A stretch of 64,000 bases of DNA from Desulfatiglandales bacterium (GTDB lineage: Bacteria; Desulfobacterota; DSM-4660; Desulfatiglandales; HGW-15), in contig CAXXJJ010000001.1 of assembly GCA_963667015.2 (NCBI GenBank), positions 2,560,001-2,624,000 on the forward strand, read 5' to 3'. Every line of letters begins with the position of its first letter. The first letter of the stretch is position 1. Both the position numbers and the translations under genes were made by a program. Under the pieces are notes generated by a model. It had not been told where the DNA came from. It searched no databases and worked only from the letters and a program-made list of their open reading frames with translations. Below are positions 27,954-38,500 of the stretch, piece by piece.

Positions 27954-28701
27954 AGGTATAATAGAGATGAGATTTTAGATTGTTGTCAGCATCAAAGCCC
28001 TTTTTAATCATGGGCCTTCCAATATTATCCCTTGAAATGGTGGCTATGCTTTTAATCCTGAAATCTTTATCATAAGACTCTGTCTTTTCCAGTTTTCCTT
28101 CATCATTATAGATGTATTTTGTGCTTGATGAAACATCCCCTTCTGGAGTAATACTGTAATCCCGTACTCGCCTGTTATCTGTGTCGAAGATATAGAATTT
28201 TATATCGGTCAGAAAGCCTTTTGCATCAAGGCTTCGTTTCATTATCCGTTCACCGTCCTGGCTGTAGCAGTAAAAATGGGTTTTTGTTATAGTGCCTTCT
28301 GCATCTGTAACAGTCTCTTTAAAGGCAAGGTTATGATCATCATAAAAAAAAATATTAATACGGGTGACCTTTCCGTCTGCTGCCAGCTTTATCTTTTTTG
28401 TGAGGCGATTTTTATCTTCAAACCTGTAGTCGTATTTCAGTTTTACCTTTCCCTGTGAGTCATAGTGTGTTTTTTCTATGATGTCGCCCTTTTCATTACG
28501 TTTGATTTTTATTATTTTTTTTATCTGTCCCTTGCTGTCCTTGCTGATATAGCCTGTAAGTTCTTTGTCCCGGTAGGAATACATGCCAACCTGGGAAGAT
28601 ACCGGCCCTGCCTTATTAATCTCATCGCCTGAAGAAGGCGGGGCGGATAAAAAGCTTCCTAAAAGCATCATGGATATGTATGTTAAAAATCGATATTTCA
28701 T
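27946..28701 (-). CDS. Exported protein with YD-like beta-hairpin repeats
   Basis: Signal peptide; roughly 24-aa repeats of YDxxG....YxY type. Confidence 0.6.
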   Translation of the reverse strand: MKYRFLTYISMMLLGSFLSAPPSSGDEINKAGPVSSQVGMYSYRDKELTGYISKDSKGQIKKIIKIKRNEKGDIIEKTHYDSQGKVKLKYDYRFEDKNRLTKKIKLAADGKVTRINIFFYDDHNLAFKETVTDAEGTITKTHFYCYSQDGERIMKRSLDAKGFLTDIKFYIFDTDNRRVRDYSITPEGDVSSSTKYIYNDEGKLEKTESYDKDFRIKSIATISRDNIGRPMIKKGFDADNNLKSHLYYTYE

Positions 28702-28814
28702 TTTATTTACTCCTTACAGAAAAATTATTTGATGTTTATTCTTATTTCTTGTCGTTAATTTTATTCACCATAAAGGATAAAAGTAAGTTTTGATCTTTTA
28801 TTGACATTCTATTA

Positions 28815-28888
28815 CTGGATTCCACGGTCAAGCCGTGGAATGACTGCCTGCCCTCATCGTTATTCTTCGACTTGACCGGAGAAACTAG
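28815..28888. repeat. Inverted REP-like doublet
   Basis: CTGGATTCCACGGTCAAGCCGTGGAATGAC (28815-28844) followed by a degenerate inverted copy (28859-28888). Confidence 0.55.
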
Positions 28889-29082
28889 TTGCTTTTAAGT
28901 GTCTCGCCCGCTTCGCCAGAGCTCTCTGAGTTCACAGCTAAAAACAAAAGACAAAAACGGTTTTAATTTATTTAAAATAATAAAATGCATTTGTCTTTCT
29001 CCGTGTTCTCTGCGGTCTCTGCGAGAGAAATGTTTTAAGTTATTATTTTTCTTGGCGTCCTTTGCGTCTTTGCGGTTCGGCT

Positions 29083-30012
29083 TTATTGCTTTTCCTTTTT
29101 ATTAAAAAAACCTTTAGCAGATGATTTGTAGATTGTTTTCCCAAGGTATGTTGCACTCAATGCGTCGTCTTCAGGGCAGTTCTCAACACATTTCAGGCAC
29201 AGCAAACAGTCTGCGGATGTTACATCTTTTTTTCCAATGGATTTATATACATCTTCGATATCAACAGGGCATGCGTTGTAACAGATTTCACAGCGTGTGC
29301 ATTTTGAATCATCCTTCTTTAATTTAAAAAAGCTGATCTTCCTGTACCAGGACATCATTAAGCCGAGCGGACAGAAGGTGCAGAAAAATCTGCGTTTAAT
29401 CATGGCACCTATTATGGTTATGGAAGAGAACGCAAGCCCAAGTGTGGATGTAACCAGGTTGGCAACACTGTTAAAGTTGACTGCTATTCTATCAGGATTC
29501 CCCACAATCAGCGGAAGAATGTATTTACCCGGACAGAGCTGGCAGTAGGGAATGTTTAGATTCAGGGCAGCGTAAGGACAGAAAAGGGGAAAGGCTACCC
29601 ATACCGGTATTAAAACAGCTATAGAGAAAAAGGTCCATTTTATCCAAGCAAGGCTTTGTACAAGCTTTGTTGAAAATCTTATATAGGAGATACTGAGCTT
29701 TGTCCTGATCCAGTCAAGCACATCCTGAAACAATCCAAGGGGGCATATCCATCCGCACCAGGCACGGCCGAGTATAATAACCAGGATTGAAAAATAGAAA
29801 AACCTTTCAAGAAATATCAGGGTACTGTCCCAGGTGAAGCTTGCTATGGTCTGCTGAAGAGTGAGCATAAAACATGTGCCTGCCCTTGCCCTCACATAGC
29901 AGCAGGAAAATGTCGGAATGAAATATCCGAAATAAAGCCCTGCATATGCACCGAATAAAAGAACAAAAAAGGATATAAAAAGGATTGTCCAGCGTAGATT
30001 TTTTATATTCAT
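29083..30012 (-). CDS. Membrane 4Fe-4S binding protein (NapH/MauN-like), paralog of 11419..12363
   Basis: WCGWICPLG, YCQLCP, FCTFCP, two CxxCxxCxxxCP motifs. Confidence 0.88.
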   Translation of the reverse strand: MNIKNLRWTILFISFFVLLFGAYAGLYFGYFIPTFSCCYVRARAGTCFMLTLQQTIASFTWDSTLIFLERFFYFSILVIILGRAWCGWICPLGLFQDVLDWIRTKLSISYIRFSTKLVQSLAWIKWTFFSIAVLIPVWVAFPLFCPYAALNLNIPYCQLCPGKYILPLIVGNPDRIAVNFNSVANLVTSTLGLAFSSITIIGAMIKRRFFCTFCPLGLMMSWYRKISFFKLKKDDSKCTRCEICYNACPVDIEDVYKSIGKKDVTSADCLLCLKCVENCPEDDALSATYLGKTIYKSSAKGFFNKKEKQ

Positions 30013-30020
30013 GGCAACCC

Positions 30021-31079
30021 TTAGTTTATAGTCTGTTTTTCATAGACCGCAAGTTTGCGATTCTGCCGCTGTCTTTTTCTGATCCAGTATCCAGCAATAG
30101 TCAGAAGGATCATGGCAGTACCCGTGATGGACCAGAATATAAATCCTGTCGTTTTGGAGCGCCATTCAGGCCGGTTCTTATTGATTGTTACCGGAAAGGT
30201 GGTAATGTAATACTGATCTTTGTCAGTATCGTGATGAGTCGCAATATACAGGTAGTTCTGGAAATCTTTTGATCCTGATCGGTCATCTGTAGGCATTATT
30301 TCAATTATTCCTCTGCTATCGGTCACAAACGATTTACTCCATCCGCTTTCAATGGACATGACAGTAACTTTGGCGGATGCCAGAGGCTTTGCATTAAACT
30401 TAACCATCATTTTATATTCTCTGTGAACTGTCTGCGTTCCTCCACCATAACGGGATTTTGCCGTATTTATTACCGGACCTATCTCAAGAGGCATGAGATC
30501 AGGGTCATCAAAAAAGACAACCGAAGTGCTTCCTACATTGCCCCCATTTTTATAGTGAGGCACAAGATACTTGAGAGAAATATGGACTTCTTCTGGAGTG
30601 TTATCCATAACTATATCTTGCTCCTTTGAGGACAGATGAGCCCCCAGCAGATAACGACCTGCAAGGTTGATGTCTTCCGGAATAGATATATGTGTGCCAG
30701 TATCTGTTATGTCAGCGTTACCAGGATAAATTCTTCCGTTAGTATCCCGAATAAAAATATCACTCCCGGTTAAAAAGTCATCTTCTGAAAGAGTGAATAT
30801 TTCGTGAGTTTTTTTAAACTGTAATTCCGGAAATTGCAGTGTTTCAGATTCAAGTGTCTTTACACTGAATTTTTTGATTTCTTCCCTTGCAGCCCTGTAT
30901 GTTTTCTTTCGATCCCTGATTTCCCGCCAGTTCATACTTTCCAGTTCAGATGGGTATATATAATGTTCCTGGTTTTCTATCTGGAAAAAATATACAGGAA
31001 AACGGGTATCCGCAAGGGAATGAAAGGGAAAAAGGATGATGGAATGTAACAGCACAACTGTAACTGTAAATAATTTCAA
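30021..31079 (-). CDS. DUF4198-like exported protein with C-terminal membrane anchor
   Basis: Signal peptide; PLEIGP..FNAKPL...V....TDSRG pattern; C-terminal TM plus basic tail; positional equivalent of 10537..11422. Confidence 0.55.
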   Translation of the reverse strand: MKLFTVTVVLLHSIILFPFHSLADTRFPVYFFQIENQEHYIYPSELESMNWREIRDRKKTYRAAREEIKKFSVKTLESETLQFPELQFKKTHEIFTLSEDDFLTGSDIFIRDTNGRIYPGNADITDTGTHISIPEDINLAGRYLLGAHLSSKEQDIVMDNTPEEVHISLKYLVPHYKNGGNVGSTSVVFFDDPDLMPLEIGPVINTAKSRYGGGTQTVHREYKMMVKFNAKPLASAKVTVMSIESGWSKSFVTDSRGIIEIMPTDDRSGSKDFQNYLYIATHHDTDKDQYYITTFPVTINKNRPEWRSKTTGFIFWSITGTAMILLTIAGYWIRKRQRQNRKLAVYEKQTIN

Positions 31080-31435
31080 TTTAAAGATGTCCTTATGTAT
31101 TGCTGAATTTTAATGTTTTCCAAAGGGAAAAGGCAGCCAGGTACCTTGCTCCGGGTAGCAGGGGCGGGCACCCGGAAATACGCTGAATAAATTCATTCCG
31201 GATGCCCGACTTCGAAATTGTGTCATGTTGTTGTAATTGTAAATTAGCCTGAGCCATTCGTCACTTTTTTCAAAAACAATAGAGAGCAAATGACTGGTAA
31301 ATTACTGGGGTGAAACTCTGCTTTTAAAGGGAGGTTAAATATGCAGATTTCTCATTACAATAAAGATATAACACAATCCCTATCCCTGCATAATTTGCAA
31401 GAGGTGTTGTTATTAAAACACAAAAACAAATTCTC

Positions 31436-32218
31436 TTATTTTATTTCAAATGCAAGGGATGCGGTATATGAGTATTCATCAGCATCTTCTTTGTTTGGAT
31501 ATGGAGCTTTATGGTTTGCCTTGATAACCCATATGCCGGATTTAGTTATTTTTAATTTGCCCTCCCCTTTATCATCTGTTTTTTCAGTTAAAGCAAAGTC
31601 AGTACCTGTTGAGAACCCAACATAGGTGGCGTTGAATGATTCTGCTACAGGCTTTCCCTGGTATAAAACCTTAAATCTGAAATAATCACCTTCCTTAGTG
31701 TTTGCAGGATTTGTCAGCGGTATTATTTCAAGGGGAGCACCTACAGGTTTTTGGACAATATCATTCCCGGATGCATGTCCCACATTAATAATTGCTTTGC
31801 CATACATACCCAGGTAGCGCGAGTAAACAACATTTGTTAAACCTTTTCTTGACTGTCGCTTATATCCATCCGTGGTCTTGGTTGAAAAACCTTCCTTACG
31901 CTGAACCATGGCTATCCAGGTGCCCTCGGATAATTTGTCTGCTGATTCATACTGTATAATGTTTAAGGGTTTGATTTCGGACTTGTTTCCATCCGGATCG
32001 ATCATGAATATATCGCCAAGCAGTTCGTCACTGTTAAGAAGATCTTCTACCGGGTTATAAAAATGATGTCCCCAGCCTATGGTGAACATTGCGGTTTTGT
32101 CTTTATCAGGGGTGTAATCATTTACGTTCAGCCACATGTAATGGGCCGATGCGTTTATGGAAAAAATAAAACATATACAGAATACAGACAGTACCAATCC
32201 TTTTTTAAAAGTATACAT
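31436..32218 (-). CDS. DUF4198 domain periplasmic protein (putative Co/Ni binding)
   Basis: ASA-HYMWL N-terminal His after cleavage, GWGHH, LEIIPLTNP..GD.F.FKVLYQGKP, TDDKG. Confidence 0.82.
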   Translation of the reverse strand: MYTFKKGLVLSVFCICFIFSINASAHYMWLNVNDYTPDKDKTAMFTIGWGHHFYNPVEDLLNSDELLGDIFMIDPDGNKSEIKPLNIIQYESADKLSEGTWIAMVQRKEGFSTKTTDGYKRQSRKGLTNVVYSRYLGMYGKAIINVGHASGNDIVQKPVGAPLEIIPLTNPANTKEGDYFRFKVLYQGKPVAESFNATYVGFSTGTDFALTEKTDDKGEGKLKITKSGIWVIKANHKAPYPNKEDADEYSYTASLAFEIK

Positions 32219-32279
32219 TGTAGTCTCCTTTAAGTAAGAAATGACCCTGTCTTAAATACAGGGTCTTCTTTGTAAAAAA

Positions 32280-34490
32280 TTAAAAATTAAAAATCATACC
32301 AATTTCAAAATAACGCCCCGGATAGGGATAATAACTGGTATCGAGTGTACCGTCGCTGTTCCGGGTGCCTGCAGAGTTGGAATAGTAGGCGTAATCTTTA
32401 TCCACAACATTTTTTACAAGACCGTATATTGAAACGCCTTTGAACAGGTTGTCAAATTTGTAATCCAGTTTTAAATCTATCAAAGTTGAAGACGGCTGTA
32501 TCACACGTTCCAGATAATCCACATTTTTTTTACCCTCATAGGTGACATTGACCCAGGCAAGTAGATTTTTAATGGGATAGTAGGAAAGGGTAGCTCCTAT
32601 TTTATGTTTAGGAGCCCTGGCGAGCCTTTTTCCATCAATATGCATTGCAATTCTATCTTCATCACCAGGTGGATCACTCCAGTCGTAGGATGGGTAAATA
32701 GCATTGGGATCGTCCCATTTGGCATCCATGTAGCCGTAGTTAAAACGATAGTTTAACTGCTCTGTCACCCAGCCGTCCAGTTCAAGTTCCAGTCCTTTGG
32801 CCACAGTTTTACCAAGGTTCCTTGCTCCCTGGCTGCGATTTGTTTCCTCTTCATATTGAAAAATGAATTTATCATCAGTTGTCATGTGGTACACTGCAAT
32901 GGAATAATTCAGGTTTCTGTTAAACTTGTTTTTATAGCCCAGTTCCCATGTCCTGACATCCTCAGGCTTTAATTGTGATGGATCATTTCCAGGGAAATCT
33001 TCACTATAGTGTGCCGACATCCTTGTGTAATCAATATTAGGGTAAAAATAGGCCTGGCTTACTGTCAGGTAAAGATTGTCATCACCTGAAAAACTGTAGG
33101 AAGGAGAGATGTTCCAGGAAAATTTGTCATAATCGTTATTTACATCGGCAGTGCCGGCATAATGGTCCTGGTATTTAAGTTCCACATTATCTAATCGAAC
33201 GGCAGTTTGAATCCTGAAATGCTCTCCTGTTTTCAGGTCATTATTGATAAAAAAGCTGATGCGGTCTATATTTATTTCGCAATCGTACTTCTCCAAATTT
33301 TCCAGCTGACCGGAACTCAGTTCCGTATCAAAGACGTAAGTCCTTGCCTGGTCGTAATTATGTTTGTCATATTCAGTTCCCAGGGTTAAAGTGCTCCAGA
33401 CAGCTCCGTTATTAAGTTTATAGCCACCTGATGCCTTAAATGAAAGGCGGTCTTCAATATAATCGCGCTGATAGCTGCTGCTGTCAGTACCGGGCTCATA
33501 ACGGTTTTTATTGGTTTGGGAAAGGTATAATCCGTCAGTATTAGTGTATGCCAGCAGTGATTTTAAAAACCAGGTCTCTTTATCGGTTTTGAAATCAGCA
33601 GACATGTCATATATTTCCCGATCATTAAAAGTGGGCGATAAATTATAGGTTTCAGGATCATTTTCATCGGGATCGCTTGGTGGTGTATTGTCTCTTGGAT
33701 TCCTGTCCAGTTGCCATTTTTTAAGACTTGTTGAGGAAAAATAATTCTGGTCTTTATAACTGGCGCTGATACCCAGTCTCGTGGTATCATCAAAGGAGTA
33801 CCCTCCCTTGAAATTGGCACGTGTTCTCTCATCTTCATTATGTCGGTAACCGTCTCCGCCCTGATTCATGAAGCTCAGACGGTAATCAAAGGCGCTTTCC
33901 TTGCCCCAGAAAGAAACATTTTCTTTATGAATACCCCATGAACCATACTGCAGCTTCACACGTTGATCATGACCTTCCTTGTTACCTCTTTTGGTTGTGA
34001 TATATATAATGCCCCGGGTAGACTCTGCATATTGTGCCCCCGGAGTTTTGATAACCTGTATCTGTTCTATATCATTAAGGTCAACATAGTTCATGTCACC
34101 ATAGCCGATTCTTTCTGAGCTGATTTCCTGACCATCTACATATACAGTCGCTCCCCTTGAGTGGGCATAGGCTGTACCGCGAAAATTGTATTTGGGCATG
34201 CCGGGGTTGGTTGTATCATTTGTAATACCGGGAAGGTTTTTTACAACATCCGCAACATCGATATAGGCGCCTTTTTCAAGGTCTTTAGCTGTAAAAATAT
34301 TAATAGTGCCCGGAGTTTCCAGCAGTTTGATATCAGGGCTTGTTGATGAAACAACAACCTCTTCAAGCAGATATTCTTTTTCGTCTTTTATTGATTCTGT
34401 CTCTTCTTCTGCCAGCCCGATTACCGGCAGGCTTAAAAAAATGAAAAAGACGAAAAAAATAATCAAATTTTTACTGATTATATACATCAC
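32280..34490 (-). CDS. TonB-dependent receptor
   Basis: EEVVVSS TonB box, plug RG..DG..IEQIQVIK..GIIYITTK, C-terminal PGRYFEIGMIFNF; start 34490/34487 after RBS AAGGAG. Confidence 0.9.
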   Translation of the reverse strand: MMYIISKNLIIFFVFFIFLSLPVIGLAEEETESIKDEKEYLLEEVVVSSTSPDIKLLETPGTINIFTAKDLEKGAYIDVADVVKNLPGITNDTTNPGMPKYNFRGTAYAHSRGATVYVDGQEISSERIGYGDMNYVDLNDIEQIQVIKTPGAQYAESTRGIIYITTKRGNKEGHDQRVKLQYGSWGIHKENVSFWGKESAFDYRLSFMNQGGDGYRHNEDERTRANFKGGYSFDDTTRLGISASYKDQNYFSSTSLKKWQLDRNPRDNTPPSDPDENDPETYNLSPTFNDREIYDMSADFKTDKETWFLKSLLAYTNTDGLYLSQTNKNRYEPGTDSSSYQRDYIEDRLSFKASGGYKLNNGAVWSTLTLGTEYDKHNYDQARTYVFDTELSSGQLENLEKYDCEINIDRISFFINNDLKTGEHFRIQTAVRLDNVELKYQDHYAGTADVNNDYDKFSWNISPSYSFSGDDNLYLTVSQAYFYPNIDYTRMSAHYSEDFPGNDPSQLKPEDVRTWELGYKNKFNRNLNYSIAVYHMTTDDKFIFQYEEETNRSQGARNLGKTVAKGLELELDGWVTEQLNYRFNYGYMDAKWDDPNAIYPSYDWSDPPGDEDRIAMHIDGKRLARAPKHKIGATLSYYPIKNLLAWVNVTYEGKKNVDYLERVIQPSSTLIDLKLDYKFDNLFKGVSIYGLVKNVVDKDYAYYSNSAGTRNSDGTLDTSYYPYPGRYFEIGMIFNF

Positions 34491-34789
34491 ATTCTCCTTA
34501 TTTGTCTGGTTTTTAAAAGATTTTGAGATGGGACTGTGACCTGTGAGACAGGAAAACAATTATGCCCATTTCTATTTTTTGACTTCCGGAAGATTGCGAT
34601 GTAAGATGAATCTCCCGGAATCGCCGGTATATTGATTCCCGGCTTCCTGGCGACAGGATGGATTGAACTTGGACGGCTCGTCCATCCTGTCATTTTGATC
34701 TGGAAAACTTGAGTAAAGGCTGGCCGCGGATATTGTCATTTTGACCGGTGGCTGTTTTATTCATAATTTATCCTCATTGTATGTAATTA

Positions 34790-35542
34790 TTATTTATTGA
34801 GCGATCTTACATGCTTGGTAAAAAATCCCATAGGACAGATCATCGTGCAGTAGGAACGCCCGCCTAAAAGCGGAACGCCAATAACAAAGTAGAAGAATTC
34901 CGCTGTTATAAAATATAAAAGTTTTTGTGTTGCGCGGATCGGATCGATAGTATCCGGGACCAGCAGGATAAGGATAAGTGCTGCAGCCATGAAAAGAAAA
35001 TATACCATGGGTATAATGCGACCAAGCTTAATCAATTTTCCGGGCTGGCCTCTAAACAGCCTCCCATAGGTTTCTGAATAGAATGCGCCATGTGGACAAA
35101 TATATCCGCAGAAGGCTTTATAACCCCATCTATAGGAGATCAAAGGAACCACTATAAAACCTGTAAACAGACTTAATATCATAGCGGTTGAATGGGTGGC
35201 CGGATCAAAACACTGGAGTGAATGGGGCCATGGGTAAAGCAGACAGGTCCAGCTCCAGTCATTTAATATCATTGGCAACATAAGTATCACTGTAAAATGG
35301 CAGATCGACAGCACGAGAAGTCTGATACGGCGCCTGGGGTAGTTAATAAAGAAATAAATAACAAGACCTGCCATAATGATTTCTATGAGTAAAAGTGATG
35401 ACCAGAAGAATGCATTTGCCATGGCAAGCGACTTATGTCCTGTATCAGGAGTCAAATCAAAAATGATCTTCACCATTTCCAGGGTGAATGTGGTAAAAAA
35501 AAGAAACCAGAGTAAAAATTTAAGTATTTTTTTGATGTTCAT
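34790..35542 (-). CDS. Membrane 4Fe-4S-binding-family protein lacking C-terminal ferredoxin domain
   Basis: FCGYICPHG and YCTMICPMG motifs, several TM helices, no CxxCxxCxxxC. Confidence 0.7.
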   Translation of the reverse strand: MNIKKILKFLLWFLFFTTFTLEMVKIIFDLTPDTGHKSLAMANAFFWSSLLLIEIIMAGLVIYFFINYPRRRIRLLVLSICHFTVILMLPMILNDWSWTCLLYPWPHSLQCFDPATHSTAMILSLFTGFIVVPLISYRWGYKAFCGYICPHGAFYSETYGRLFRGQPGKLIKLGRIIPMVYFLFMAAALILILLVPDTIDPIRATQKLLYFITAEFFYFVIGVPLLGGRSYCTMICPMGFFTKHVRSLNK

Positions 35543-35548
35543 ATTTTT

Positions 35549-38500
35549 TTATAACTGCAATTCACTTTTAAGATTCCATTTCGGCTGCCATTTATCCACA
35601 TCTTTAGCCGTCATGACATCAACCTTTGAACCCTGAAATTCTTGGGTAACTTCTCCTATCATCTCTTCCATATCGCCTTCGATCATAAGTGCCGCATCAC
35701 GAACCTGCAGCATCATGTCCTGATCTGCCTCCCATAGTCCCCTGGATTCTGCCTCAATAAGTCTTCGGGTCAGTTCCTCAAGGGCGTAGGGGTTTTCAGC
35801 CCTGAGCCATTCCAGGTTTTCCAGGTTGCTGATGTATGTCTCAACGATTTCATCAAATACCCATTTATCAACCTTCTGGGTGGTGGCACTCCATTTGAAC
35901 AGGTTGTTAACGCGGCCGGAAACCCCGGATGCGCCTTTGTAACCGTGTTCTTTCATATCCTCTATCCAGTTTTTATTGAGGAGCCGGGAGATCACTGAGG
36001 TTTCCAGCTCTTCCTTAAGATTCCTTACAGAAAGGTCATTTTCGGCATTGTTGTCTGCCCAGTACTGTTTTACAGATTTACCTCCAACTGCCTTTATAGC
36101 TACTGACATGCCCCCAAGATAACCGGCATAGCCTCCCACATCCACAAGGTCATATTCAGGCGAATACTGTCTCATATAGGTGACATCAATGCACTTAAGG
36201 TTTCTTGCATACAGATCATGGGCGGCCTGGCCGCTGATTCGCTCAAAATCTCCGGAACGATCTGATCCGTATGCGTATCCTCCCCAGTTGATATATGTTT
36301 CCGCAAGATCTTTTTCATCTTCCCAGGCAGAGGCGTCAAGCGCAAGACCGACCCCGATGCCGTATGTCCCGGGCGGAGATGAGAAAACTCGAAAACTTGC
36401 CATTCTGGACATCTGCTTTATAGAAAGCGTGTTACCAAGTTCGGCCTTTATTTCTGCAAATCTTTCGTCTGTATGTTTGCGTATAAAATTAAGTTCATGA
36501 GATTCTTCAAGAGTGGAGGCCATTACCGCGGCTTCATCTAAAAAATCTGCAAAATGCGGAACCATGTCTCTTAAGATACCGCTGGTCTGTATTACAACGT
36601 CGATACGCGGGCGTGGCGAGAAAGATTTATCTCCAACCGAAAGGTAAAGCTCGGAAAGAGGGATGGCTTCTACTCCTGTTGCCTGTCCTGAAGAATTCCA
36701 TTTCGGCCGCATTCCCATGAGATGAAGGATCTGGCAGAACACCTCACCGTCTGACTTGAAAGCGTCGATGCTCCAGAGGCTGATGCCGACACTTTCCGGG
36801 AACCTGTCTTCCTCTTTAATATATTTGACCAGAAGATTATCAGCCAGGGTGCATCCTGCTTCATAGGCAGACTTTGTAGGCAGAGAGCGAACGTCAGTGC
36901 TGTAAAAATTGCGGCCGGTTGGCAGTGCCTCTGTTTTTCCCAGAACAAGAGAGCCTGAAAGACCAGGTTCAATATATTCACCGTTCAAGGCCCTGAGAAG
37001 CTGAGGTATTTCGCGGTCGCTCATCTTTATCTTATTGCCTGTGGCCAGGCACCAGTCCCTGAATTCTGCGGGCAGTTCAGACACTGAAGGATCATAATCC
37101 GTATCAATAATTCTCCTGATAATATCTCTTGCAGTATCAAAGCTGTCATTATTCTCAAAATTTGCCAAAGCAGCGATTTCATCCAGCGAAGGAAGTCCGT
37201 CCGCCTGTTTTATGAGCATTGTGGCAATCATGGTGGCAATGCCCTCTGAATCCGGAAATGTACCCAGTGTATGCATGCCTGATGGCGCAAGGGCTCTCCT
37301 GATCCTTGCGATGCGCCTTGAGAGCATGCCAACTTCTTCGTAAAAATCAGTTCCGTCATATTCCTGGTCAACAAGGTTTTTTGATTTCATCAGTTCGAGC
37401 ATCTTCTGCTGAATTATATTCATCCTGCTCTTCTCATTGTTATCCAGGGCGGAATGATATTCTTTAACAAGCCGCTCCAGTTCAACAAGCTTATCATCCA
37501 TGACAGCAGGCCTGTAGACAGGGGTAAGGTGATCAACAAGAACAGCACGTCCCCTTCGTTTGGCAACCATGCCGTCTCCGCTTACATCCATGATATAGAG
37601 GTAGATATTGGGCAGATCACCCAGTGTGATCTCCGGGAAACAGGCGTCTGAAAGGGCTGCACGTTTTCCGGGTAAAAATTCCATTGCACCGTGGGTTCCA
37701 AAATGGATTACAGCATCAGATGTTTTTCTGATGTAGTAATATGAAGCAAACCAGTGGTGAGGGGGCGAGAGTTCAGGATCATGCAGGATTCGACACACTT
37801 CGCCGTTACATTTTGACCCGTAGCATCCCCGTTTCGGCTGAAGCATAATCTTAAGGTTCCCAAAGCAAAGCCCTGTTACAAGGAGTTCCGGTTCACCTTT
37901 TTTATTAAACACCATTCCTTCACCGGGAAATTCGCCCCAGTCCTGAAGCACTCGATTTTGTGCCTTTTGCGGGATACTGTCAAAAAACTCTGAATACTCT
38001 TCCCCATTCATCCTGTATATGTCGCCGCCTTTTTCCACGATTTCATCAACTGTGGTCCAGCGAAATTCAGATACAGCCTTGCGATCCATGAACATATCCA
38101 GGATGGCTTTACCGCTTTGAGGGGCCTCTCCTACGTCATACCCCGCATATCTCATTGAGTTTATCAGGCGGGACAGGCTTTCGAAAGTGTCCAGTCCGGC
38201 AGCTACTCCAAGTGTGGCCTCCACTGCCTTGCAGGGATTGTTATGCAGTATTATTGTTACCTGCTTTTTATTGTTTGGAAGTGTGCGCAACCTGTGCCAT
38301 CCTTTGACACGTCTGCACAGGTGTTCTATCCGCTCCTTAACCGGAAGATAACGCCTTGATGAGACTCCGCTGCCTGGATCTGGCTCCATGACCGTACCGG
38401 CAACCATAGTGGGCTCTATTACTCCTGACATTTCTGGCTGGGCCAGGCCATAGATCATGGCGCTTGAGCCTGAAACAAGATCACTGTTATCTCCTGCCCA

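Noticed and set aside
27946..28701. Rhs/YD polymorphic toxin
   Set aside because: Short, signal-peptide-bearing, no Rhs core terminus, toxin tip or immunity gene
34560..34790. Additional riboswitch or small gene in this gap (and in 31080-31435)
   Set aside because: Hairpins are present (e.g. GACAGGATGGA/TCCATCCTGTC) but there is no aptamer consensus and no convincing ORF
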